This document shows, piece by piece, positions 34,401 to 45,806 of a stretch of 64,000 nucleotides of DNA (position 1 is its first letter; each line of letters begins with the position of its first letter). The notes below the pieces were generated by a model that saw only the letters and a program-made list of their open reading frames with translations, did no database searches and had not been told where the DNA came from. This DNA is from Lepidodermella squamata (Eukaryota; Animalia; Gastrotricha). A program made the translations under genes and the position numbers. The DNA lies in the NCBI GenBank assembly GCA_047495785.1, contig JBLDXI010000019.1, positions 2,976,001 to 3,040,000 on the forward strand, written 5' to 3'.

Positions 34401-35488
34401 CCGAAATCGAATACGATTTTATCGATATTACAAATCAGTTCTTTTCCGAAGCGATTCTGAGGGTTCCAATTAGCAAAAAAAACCCGGGGTCACTGGCAGC
34501 TCATTATCGACAAAGAATTTGAAAAATCGCAAGACTGTACGCGTTGGAACTTCAATTTTAGTTGTGCTACTATTTCCACCCACTTTCAAAGTTAATTCTA
34601 TTTTTTACAAAGTCATGAGAAACATGATAAATTTGTGAAAAAATCGCATATAAATACTTAAGAGCTGAAATTCTATTGATTTTAATTGGATTTCGATGAA
34701 AGAGATTAATTGGAAAAAATTAAAAAGAAAAATTTAAAATTTAGGAATAGAAAGATCAAGCTGAAGTACGCACTTCAATTTTCATTTTTTCACGCTTGAT
34801 TTGATCGACAGTAAAATGTCTGAATAATATTTAAAAATAATGAATTTTCTAACAGGGTAAAACATATATGTATGCTGAATCATTAGGATGAAATTCAATA
34901 CTCACTTTGAACGCGAACGATTGAAGCGTTGCGATTTGGTTTCAGCTCCATCCTAGACTTCTGCAGCTGCGGCTGATTCTGCTGCCCGAACCTGTCCATA
35001 GTCGGCTGGAACCCGGCGTTTCCCGGCGCCGGAACCGAAACTGGCGCCATAGGTTCCCACTCGTAGTTACCATCACCCCTCTCGACCGGAATTTCATCCT
35101 CGATTTCAACCTCCGTATACTCACCACCCGCCCCGTTTGGATCCGGAACCGGCAAATGAATCGCCCGCGGCTTGGCATCGATTGAAAGCGCCGAAGAACC
35201 GTCGATTTCCAGTGAAACCGACTCGTCGAAGTGGCGATTTCGCAACGCGCGGTGCTCTAGCCGGTGGTTGTTCTTCCGACCGTGACGGGGCCGATCTTCG
35301 TCGTCCGTCTCGTAGTCATCCTTGTAGTAACGCCCGCCGCGGTCTTCATCCTCCGGCGCCTCGATTACGTAGTACTTGTCGTACTTGCCGCTTCGTCGCG
35401 CTTCGGCGAGAAAATTCGACTCGGACGCGAAAAAAATAGCCGGCAAGGCGAGGTATAACGCGAAAATGGCTAATAAAGCGTCTTTCAT
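31439..35488 (-). CDS. Secreted papain-family (C1A) cysteine protease with I29 prodomain and a long N-terminal extension, multi-exon
   Basis: Signal peptide MKDALLAIFALYLALPAIFFA; prodomain EQKTFERNLARIHAHN...LALNQF; LPKSVDW; QKSCASCYAF (Cys); FSDQQTLDC; GPVA; DHVMLVVGYG (His); KNSW (Asn); WGEQGYMRIERGKNHCGI. Exons ~35488-34906, 33793-33148, 32872-32556, then six short exons down to 31439. Linkage of exon 1 is inferred from matching phase. Confidence 0.85.
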
Positions 35489-36367
35489 TTTTCAAACAAA
35501 TTGATTGAAAAAATTAGAAGGGAAATGACTAGGGTGTTGGCGTATTCTATGAAACAATCCAATTAGCTTCATCGTTTTGAAAATTATCATCACACTCGGA
35601 CTTTTTTAATGAGCTCAGCAATTTTAATATAGCCGGACAACAAGAATGATTCTGCCACTTCAAATTCGCAAAATCAAATCTTTGAACCAGTTACTTGGAA
35701 AAATAAATTTCCAAAAAAGGCTGAAACTTTGGTAAATTGTGACGAAGCTGCCCTCTATTTATGTTCGGCTTTATAATAAGGATTATAAGATGATAAAAAT
35801 AAAAGGTACATGTGGACACCGTAATATTATAGGCTTCCAGTATTAAAGTTCAGGTTTCAATTACTATTTTTCCGAATGACTTCGCAAAGAATCGGAAAGC
35901 GTTAGCACCATGACGCTCAAATCTAACGCTCGAACTTCTAGCAAGTATTAGAACTCATCTTCAATTATAGGATTCCTGGGCTTCTGTTATCGGATAAATC
36001 GCCAGTGACGTTTTAAAATCGGATTAGGAACCTGGAACTTGTACTATAGATAAATGCTGGACCCTGAAGCTGAAGTTCCGAAGCTTGAAATTATTGAAAG
36101 AAAGGTTCCTTTCGAACTCCGGCTTTTAACCATTTAACCAGATTTTGAATATCGGAGTTGGATATCGAAAATTGCTGTTCAAATGCCAATAATCACATAT
36201 AAAATTTGGGGAAAATGTCCCAAATACGATTACTTAAATACTTTACGTCAAAACGAGGCATATTTATGAAAAGCTCATAATTTTATTGCACAGGCGTGAC
36301 TCGGCTTTGATATCATTTTTCACAAAGATTCAGTTTTTAACTCAATTATTTCAGTATTGATCAGTTA

Positions 36368-37309
36368 TCATCTTTCGAAAATGGTCGCATTCTGCGCCGC
36401 GAAAGGACTCGCGCCCGAAAACAGGCCACTGCTAGTCGAAGCCGATGCGTAGACAGGTCGCCACCAAGCACCAGGGGCAGGTTTCAAATTCAGCACCCGA
36501 AACGTCACCCTATCACCCAGGCCGTTCTCGAGCAAAGTCGAAAAATTCGAAAAATTCCCGAAATCAAAGCATTTCAAATCAAACTCAGCGATTGGTATCC
36601 GAAACAGGGTGGCCAATTTCTGCTTCAAATCACCCAGTGATTGCTGGCCATCGATTGTGACTAAAATCGTCCGGCCGAATAGATCTTTAACGTGGATTGT
36701 CACTTTGTTAGGCCGGAATAACTGCATGTGTGAAGTCGAGCGTAAAATCAACGATTTTTGACTATTTTGATCACCCTGCTGAGACAGATCTTCGACTGTC
36801 GAGCCGATATTAGGGGTTGATGAGTAGGTCGAAGAGGTTAATGACGACGATAGCGCTGAGTCTAATTCAACCGAGGATGACGGTTCCGGTGTGTGATTTT
36901 GCGATGAGGTTCGGTCGAGCGTGACCGATTGTGAGAATGATTTTGATCGACCGAGCGTTATCGTACTTTTCGAACTTGAATCCCCACCGCCGATTTCGCG
37001 ATACAACGCAGGGTGTCTAGATAGCCTGTGACAGGTTGGGCACCGGACCGCGACCAGGTAAGCCAGCCGGTTTGCCGCGATTTTCGGGTCGCCCCCGAGT
37101 AGCTTTTTTGTTTGCGATTTTGACAGGGTGAGGGGGATTTTCTCGAGCCGCTCGTTGATGCAATTCAGGCAGAACGAGTGGCCGCAGGCGTGGAGGGTTT
37201 GCAGGCTGCAGGGTGACTCATTTATGTCGTAGTCGTCTGGGTGAAACGTATCGTCTTCGGAATACGCCTGGTCGCGAAATACGCCAAGACATTGCGGGCA
37301 CGTGAAATT
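36368..37309 (-). CDS. RING-HC finger + Ser-rich linker + ubiquitin-like domain protein (first exon not resolved)
   Basis: After acceptor TTTGTAG: CPQC...CGHSFCLNC...CPTC in frame with ORF 36368-37006, which contains VTIHVKDLFGRTILVTIDGQQSLGDLKQKL...STLLENGL (Ubl fold pattern). Confidence 0.75.
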   Translation of the reverse strand, partial: NFTCPQCLGVFRDQAYSEDDTFHPDDYDINESPCSLQTLHACGHSFCLNCINERLEKIPLTLSKSQTKKLLGGDPKIAANRLAYLVAVRCPTCHRLSRHPALYREIGGGDSSSKSTITLGRSKSFSQSVTLDRTSSQNHTPEPSSSVELDSALSSSLTSSTYSSTPNIGSTVEDLSQQGDQNSQKSLILRSTSHMQLFRPNKVTIHVKDLFGRTILVTIDGQQSLGDLKQKLATLFRIPIAEFDLKCFDFGNFSNFSTLLENGLGDRVTFRVLNLKPAPGAWWRPVYASASTSSGLFSGASPFAAQNATIFER

Positions 37310-37486
37310 CTACAAAAAGATTCAAAAATTAGTCAAAATAAATAATGCGAAAAATATTAATATTTGCTCCACAATTTTTCTGTTTCCTCAAAACATGTCC
37401 ATAATTTTGTTGGCGAAATTCTAAAGTCGAAAGCATTAATTATGGCAAAAAAATTCGGAAATGTTTCTATTTAAACTAAAAATTAA

Positions 37487-37926
37487 ACGTCTTGAGTTCA
37501 ACGGACAATTTCTTGGCGGACCACACTTATTACCCCTTATATCCTAGTCATGGATACCATCGAAGTGTGCCACTTGAGTGCCAAGTGCGGCAAGGTGTGG
37601 CGCATCTAATGAGACCAATTATGACCCAAATTAGCATTCCATCTTAATAGGGGGCTGCTTTAAACAGAGCGGTCCGCTAAACCAGGGTCCGCTGAGCTCC
37701 AAAAACCCTGGCTTTGTTGAACTCGGCGGACCCAATTTAGCGGACCAAATCAAGTTGTAGTATACTTGGATGTTTGCAACCGCCAGAGTGAGGCTAAATA
37801 GCTCAGGTGTGCATAGTAGGTCATTGGATGGCACTTTTCAGGGGGAATCGACTAATCATATGGCACACCTCCGACCTAGTCCGAAATACTGGTCCGCTAA
37901 AATTTGGTCCGTTGAACTCAGCGACG
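37487..37926. mobile_element. Non-autonomous DNA transposon (TIR ~CGTCGCTGAGTTCAACGGAC)
   Basis: Inverted ends CGTCTTGAGTTCAACGGAC / GTCCGTTGAACTCAGCGACG-TA; homologous to 22436-22655. Confidence 0.7.
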
Positions 37927-39424
37927 TAAAAAAATTAAGTCTAAAAATTCGCCCCTATTTATACAAAATTATACGTGGAACCATTGACCTATTTTTGCAT
38001 AGGTTTTTTTGCAATCTAACCCTAAACCAATTTTAAAAATTTTGTACAAATAGGCACTTCGTTCTAAAAAATAAAGAAAAGCCTTGAAATTCTTCTTTGA
38101 TGGCTTCGTGTATGAGAACTTGACGATGCAAAATAAAGGATATTTATATCATTTCCCAGCATTTGCCCGAATTTGAGATTAATTCCATAATTATTCTAAA
38201 ATTAAATTCCTCAAATTCAAGGGAACGTTTAAAATTATCGATCCAAGGCGGCCAAATAACGCGCTTACTGAGAAAAATTCAGAGAAGATGGTTCCGAAAT
38301 TGATACATCAAACTCGTAATTTATTTGAGGCTGAAATTATTTTAGAGCAGCGCGCAGTGCGGTATTTTTTTCTAGAGTGAAAACTCACAATTTCGAGTTC
38401 CTTCAGCATAGCAAGCTCTTCGTCGAGGTCCCCAATTGGTGTCATACTCCTCGGGCGATTTAATCCAAATAAATCCTCCATTTAAAATCTATTGGATAAA
38501 CCACAAAATATCAATGTCCCAAAAAATAATAACACAGTTGTACTAAGGTATAGCCCTTGTTTTCCAAGGAATGGCTATACTACAGCTGTGATATAAGAAT
38601 CAAAAGGATTGTTTTCCGGGTGAAAACATAGCGCGAACTTGTAACGCGAGGGCAGAGCTGTCCACTGGAGTGGCACTTGAGATGACAGGCCAAGTCAAGT
38701 GGAACGATTACGCCAATATTGGCCAACAAACGCTACTTACTCCACCTCCACCAACAGTGTTTACCTGACACTCCCATCGAGATTATCGAAAGGCAGAGAA
38801 AGTAAGAGAGGTGTTAATTGACCCGGAAAAAGGCCATAAACATACTGTAACAAGAAGCATTAAAAAATCGTAATTTTTCAATGCCCTAATATTAAAAAAT
38901 AAGCAAAGGAAGTGCGGGTAATTGTCCCTTAATAGGCGGCAGTTTTGCGGTACATTTGAAATCCTATATAGCACTCGCGTGCCAAAAGCTGTTTGTAAGA
39001 AAAACGCGCATCAAATCAAGATAAGTAAGAGTGATGGCGGCGTATAAAACGCGCGCGACATGATGGCGCCGCGCACGATAATAATAAAAACGACGAGTGG
39101 TGTTAATATAACAAGAAGCGCGCATACAACATATTATTATACGGTAATTAAGTATACCTATAAACGGGGTGAATACAACTTGAAAAATGGCCGTTTAGTC
39201 AAGTGGCCGCAGCGCAAAAACAATTTATTCGAAAAATATTCATTGCGCAGTCGGAAAACGGCTTTTTCGAAAAATTTTCACGTGATTAGTGGCATACACC
39301 AATCGATTCGCGACAAAACGTTCGATCGAATGGTATGAGTCTTAAAATACGTGATTCGGCGCGTGGAAATACCATTTTTCACTTGATAAGCGACTTTTCC
39401 GCTCACTTCGTATTAAGGCGACTA

Positions 39425-40468
39425 CCGTAAATTGGGGCAAAATGGCCGCGGGAAAAAAATGACCCCCTGTTTTTTTCGCATTTTTACACGTTTCAGAGGG
39501 TCCTGATTCCGATTTTATAGGAAGCTCATTTTGCCCCAGGTTTGGGGCAAATTGGACAGGTGTTTTGGGGCTAATTGGCCACCCTTATCCTTATAATGGG
39601 TTTTTAATATTTGATGATTGTGAGGGTTGAATGGTCGAGTGGTTGTGATGCGTCATCAGAACTTGAGTGATCTGATGAGCGACGGTTCGAATCCTCATAA
39701 AGTAGCATTTTTTTTGCTACGCATTTAATTTTTAATTTTTTGGTTTCAATTGTCCATTTTACTAATAATTTTTAATTAGTTTCTCCGTTTTTTCTGATAG
39801 TTTTACTGCTGAGCAACTTTTAAACGCCTCCCGAACAAAAGAAATGCCCGGGATACGTGGTGTTAGTAGAATAATTAAAATGGAAAATTAACAGAAAAAA
39901 TTAAAAAATTAAATGCGTAGCAAAAAAAATGCTACTTTATGAGGATTCGAACCGTCGCCCATCAGATCACTCGCAAGCTCTGATGACGCATCACAACCAC
40001 TCGACCATTCAACCCTCACAATCATCAAATATTAAAAACCCATTATAAGGATAAGGGTGGCCAATTAGCCCCCATCATTGAGTTTTCCATGGGGTAATTT
40101 GGCCACAATCACCTAGCCATACCTGTGCATCGCCTGGGGTCGCGGTTTTTTTTGCTGTCATCTACGACGAAAATGGTCGAAGGAAAAAATTTCATCTGAA
40201 CATCAAACCTCGTGATTGGCTCCTGGTAATTCAATTTAGAGGAGTCGTTTTTACCTCCCCAAACTCACCTTTAAACAACAACATGCTGTGACCTCATTCC
40301 GGGACATACCTGGCTGAAAATTTACAGGCTTGTATAGGGCTTGTTGATAATCGTCCCCGTAAATTTTTGTGAAGTTTTATCTTGTAGTTTTTGAGCTATC
40401 GATAAAAATGTGAAAACCTCTATTTTTGGCCAATTAGCCCCAAAGGTTCATTTTGCCCCAAATGACGG
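39425..40468. mobile_element. Non-autonomous pogo/Tc1-type element with an internal long palindrome
   Basis: TA|CCGTAAATTGGGGCAAAATG ... CATTTTGCCCCAAATGACGG|TA; internal arms ~39567-39740 and ~39894-40072. Confidence 0.8.
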
Positions 40469-41406
40469 TACTTTTTTGTGTGCGCGCGCGTAATTTGAAG
40501 TAGCTCATGCGCTGTTGTTCCTCTATTATTATTGCCACCGGGTTCCGGTTATTGTTATATCCAAGTCGCGAGGGGCGCGTCTTACAGCCGGAAAAACGCG
40601 CCAATTTTTCCTGTGTATGCAAATGTCCTACAAATAACAGGAAACAACGAGTTGATTGCAAGCCTCTACATTCATCTTGTGATGGTGATGATGGGCTAGT
40701 TTTTGTTACATATAAACTTGCCTTTATCTCAAGATGAATAACCGGCTCTTGAAATAAGCCGGCCAACGCGCGATAAGAAACAAAGTGAATAGCGATACCA
40801 CTCAATTGCTGATATGTATTAGTTATATACAAAAGTGAAACAAAAGAGCGACCGCTCTCAGCGAAAAGTGCTCGCATTGTTTTGCGTTGTTTATTAGCCG
40901 CGAGGTGGCAAATATTCTTGTAGGTATCAGATATTGTTATTAGCTAAGTGTATCGAGGCCAAGGCCGAAAAAATGAATAAATGGTTACAAAATAGGGCTA
41001 ATAAAAGTAATGCAAAAAACGTGATAGCCATTTTTAAGCAACCGACTGAAATTAAGATCCTGATTATTTCCGATGAAATGGAATTTCCACTTGATAGACG
41101 GGAAAATTACAATCAATTTTCTTTAAATAATTGAAGCAAAACGGGATATTCAGCAATTAATAAAAAATTATTAAAAAAAATAATAAATGCCTGAATTAAA
41201 ATAATAATTGAAATTATGAAAATTTAGAGCTTGAAATGAACAAATAATTTAGCTCTAAAGGTATAATTGCTCATAGCCTCCAATAAATGTTGTGGAAATT
41301 GTTGGCGTACTTTTTTCTAATCGCGCAGCCGTCTTTAACGAGGAGAATGAACGAGAAAAAATATGCGTTATACACTTTTCTATCGTGCACATTGGGCATT
41401 ATTATA

Positions 41407-43453
41407 TAGTGTGCACGACGGCCGTGCACGATGAAAATGTCAGTCTCACTTTTGTCAGGCTTTAAAAATCATTTCGGTCGATTTTAAAAATAACCGGGCA
41501 GAATAAAACGGTTAAATTTTATATCAGCATTATCGGGCTAAGGAGGTCTATGTAATGGATCAGATCATTTATTTACAATTTGTCGCGTTTAAAATTTAGC
41601 TGTGCACGACGGATCTTGCACGACCTAGTAAGGACCAGTAATTAAATCGCCGATAATTACCGCGCCCGTACTCAAACATATATAATATAGGGAATAGTGC
41701 GCGCACCTTGATTGAGGTTATTAGCGCGCGCGGGACGCTGTACTCAAACATGAAACCGTATTTATTACCTTAAAAATCGGTAAAATCAGAAATAATATTT
41801 CTTGTTTTGAGATTTTAATTTTAATTTTTATTGGACGCGCCTCCTTCGTCGGCGCGAGCGCGCTATTTTAATTTCTACCAACTGACCCATCCTTCTCATT
41901 TCTACATTTTTGATCTATAGCCATCAAGGCCGAGAAGCGTCCAATTGGGTCTGGTTTGTTGCTACTAAATTCGGGAAAATCAGACAAAATATTATTACCT
42001 TATTTCGTGTAATTTTTGTTTAATTTTTTGTGGACGCGCCTCCTTCGTCGGCGCGAGTAATATTTTTAAATAATTATTGGGAGCGCTCGGCGCATTGTTC
42101 CGCGTATTTGCGGTTTCATTTTAACTCTTTAATTCAATCTGGGACACGCTCCCTGCGGTCGCGTGTTCGTTTTAAATTGGGTCATTTATTTTCTCTCGTG
42201 GCTACCTCATTTTTTAATCTGGTTTATTTATTGTCTTCAGGGCCATTGCTTGATAATTATAATTGAGATAATAGGTAAAATCAGGAATATTTTTTTTTAC
42301 TGGACGCGCCCCCCTGCGGTCGGCGCGCATCCCTGTTTTTTCGGGTCATTTATTGTCTCTTTGGCCGCAAAGAAGCGCGTGCGCAATAATAGTGACCTGG
42401 GTCATTTAATTGTGTCAGGTCAATTATCGGAGGGCGCCTCCCTTCGGTCGGCGCGCACGTGCCATCTTCTGGGTTTCGGTTTTTTACCGGTTTGGGAATG
42501 TGACCCAGGTCATGAAATTATTACGCGCAAATGCCTTTATACAGGGCTTGAGATTTTATTACAGGTAATGGAATGTGACCTGGGTCACGTTTTTTGGCAG
42601 GGCCGGGCGGACGCGGCAGGGGTCTCATTAATTTTACGCGGCAGCCCTATGGAATCCTAGTGGGCTGCCGCTGCGGCTGTCGTGATCAACAAAAAAGGGT
42701 GTTTTCCTCTATTTTCGGGAAAAGTTGAAATTTTCAAAAAATCGTAGAAAATCAACGGTTTATGACAGGGCAATTTGAAAAACAGATTCCAAGAGACAAT
42801 TTGCGTCTGAATATGGAAAAAATTAGCAAGACGTAAGCACACCTCCACAGCGAATAAGCGACAGGTCTATTGATGTCTTATCAAATGAAAAATGGGTGTT
42901 ATTTTTAATAATTGTAATTTTCATATAAATTAAAAAAAATTTAACCAGAAACAAATGGACGCTTCTCGGCCTTGATGACTATAGATCAAAAGTGTAGAAA
43001 GAGAAGGATGGGTCAGAAAGGCATCCTAGTTATCTAATTTGTTTTCGTAATTTGGAATTTGCATATTTTACGGCTATTTATAATGGCCTTGTTCCTTCGG
43101 TCAATCTCTACAAATTTGAAATGAAATGATGAAAAATAGGTGAAAAAATTTCTCTGGCGCCTTGACCTATATTTCGGAATACGCGCGCACTCAGGTAATT
43201 AGCGTGGCCGACTATATTATTGCTGTTAATTATGGGCTGAATTTTATATAATTTTTATCTCGCTGATTTTTCACTCGATTTTCATCGGGTAAAATTTGTT
43301 AGTCTTCGCTTGACGAATATTATGTGGCTGCAAATTTTCAATTTTTTTAAATTAAAATTGGGAGAATTATAGCGTTTTGAAATTTTAAAGTACTGGCATG
43401 TGTGAATGACCTAGTGCGTGTGCACGATGGCCTGGTAACGGTCGTGCACACTA
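41407..43453. mobile_element. Composite non-autonomous element: outer TAGTGTGCACGAC inverted ends, inner ~62-nt inverted repeats (41882-41945 / 42953-43016)
   Basis: Inverted repeats seen directly; internal recurring TGGACGCGCC..TCGGCGCG and TGTGACC(T/C)GGGTCA motifs; no clean TSD. Confidence 0.55.
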
Positions 43454-45806
43454 ATATTAGGCACTGTGCACCAAAAAAAGTGCGAAAAATTATTTCTTGG
43501 CTGATAATGCGCACATTTTATTATTCCGGTCGCTTATTATACTCGCTATCGCCTATAGCCCCAAATCGGAAAATACCCGAAAAATACCAAATTATAAGCT
43601 TATTTTTTCTGCCAGGTCGGTTTGTTGCGGTTTTATATGTAGTAGAAAATCGCGCTCTAATAACCAGCGAAGCGTATCGTCGTAAATAAAACAACGCGCA
43701 AAGATAGCTATTTGGATGTTTATAATAATGTTATTATTTCAGTGAATAAATTACCCAAAAATGAACTTGCCGCGCCTTGCATTGTTTTTACAACAATTAA
43801 TAGGCCAATTTCGGCGATCGTATGTAGTAATTTTATTACTACCACTACGTCGCGATCTCAACGCTCCTACCCGCCGCGCGTATCATGGATAATTTTCAGG
43901 CCGCTGATCAAATAAATAATACGAAAATGCGTCGGTCAGTAAAAAACTTACTCGAACATATTACGACTAATCTTGCAGTATTTTACTACGCTTAATAGAA
44001 TATTTTATTAATTAATTATAATATTTCTACTAATAATTCGTAAGTTCATGTAAACAGTAAACATCGAGTGGGTGTGAATAGGCGAAAGCGAAAAAAATGG
44101 CGAACATTTCTAGTTGAATATTGACTTTTGACATGTTTAAGAATGTGTTCTGCAAGCCGGAAAAAAATTCCCAACTAAGTAGCATAGGCGAAAAGAAATC
44201 CCATCTGATTCCGAGGCGAGAATATTCTTAATGAAGCTATATAGACTCACTGATTTTTACACAGTCTTCGAAAAAACCCAAAATTTCCGACAAATGCAGT
44301 ACGCGTCGTAGCAGAAATTCCAATAATTTCCGGAAATTTGTAAAATACACAGGTTTTACTTACTATTCTAGTTGGGCATAAACAATAGGAAAATGCGAGA
44401 GTTATCATTGCTTTCAAACTGTTTGAATTACGTGACTTTTTGGAAGAAAATGCCGTTTTATCTTTCCGAAAACAATGATACAGAATGAATTAAGTCTGCG
44501 CGGCAGCTTAGATGACGGAAAATGAGGCTATTTAGCTCGCTCCATTTATAGAATTTCATCGGTAATCGATCAATTTGAGATTTGAGCAATCTTGATAGTA
44601 AAATGTTGGACTGGAAACGGCTTGTAAATTTCAAACATCAATTCAAATTTAAGTTTCACTCTTATAACTGAATTTACATGGAAGTATGATTTCCCTCTCT
44701 GCAACCGATCACATAATAAAGGCACAGAGCTGAAAAAGACCGATCGCCAATCTCCAAATCGATTCTTAACGCCTTTGACTTCAGCCACTTATGCATAGGG
44801 TTCTTACGGCCGAAAACGCGTCATCATAAACATGCCATTCATTTTTTTAATCAATTTTCGAGACATACGTTATAAGCACCTTGAGCATGATTATTGTTGA
44901 AAACTCATCTAGCTTGATGATAATTAAAATTTAATTGCAACCAGTGAGGCGTCAACTTGTCACATTCTGGCCGCTGTAAATGTCTCAACTCGGTGAATAG
45001 AATTTGCATTCATTTTTCAGCAGGTGATGTACGTTGACCATAACCTAGTTTCTCTAACAAGTTCAAATTTATTATCTCGCATTCGTAGTCAGAATATCAA
45101 CGATTTTAATTTAATTTCCTGTTTGAAAGTCCCTAAAAGAGACAAAAGTTTGATCAATTTCATTTTTCAAGGCTTAACAAATTGCATTTCCCTTAAATTA
45201 AACTACCGAACCGTTTAGTTGCAACTAATGAAATGTTGCGGAATCGGAGGGTAATAAAGAGGTCAGACAATAAAGTTATCCCCAGAATTCTGTACAAACA
45301 TGAAACGAAATGAAACCTATAAGTATGACGGCGATTTGCAAATTTATAACAATTTGAACTTTCCCCAGCAATGCATTTTCAGCAGATTTGTATTCTCTTC
45401 ATTGCTATAGCTCATCATTCATTGCTAAGCAAAGTCGAAGCCAACAAATTGCCGAGCAAACCATTCGTCGGTTTAAGTAAGTCTTCGTTGATTCTTTACA
45501 CACAAGTCACAAAACTTCTTTTACCGCATAGAAAACCAAGTTGACAAGCTTGAGGCGATGAAGGACATGGATTCACTGTATTACCTCATCAAATTGCTGG
45601 AAAACGAGTGGGACAGTCGATTTGGCGTGAAATGCAACCGAGTGAACAATAAACGATGCCGTGGAGATTTGAGCGTGAATGCTGGACCTCGACACCACGG
45701 ACGGCAAATCTTGAGCCTATCAGTCTTTGGACAGATGTGATTACAGAATAAATGTTCACTGTTTAGCCATTAGTTCAGAATATGTTTTTTACTGGGTCTG
45801 ACTATT

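Noticed and set aside
39620-39700. Bona fide tRNA gene
   Set aside because: A and B boxes are present, but there is no proper anticodon arm or 7-bp acceptor stem; it is duplicated inside a transposon.
40434-43915. Assorted 60-165-aa ORFs
   Set aside because: They lie in or next to repeat elements, mostly have non-ATG starts, and show no motifs or splice structure.
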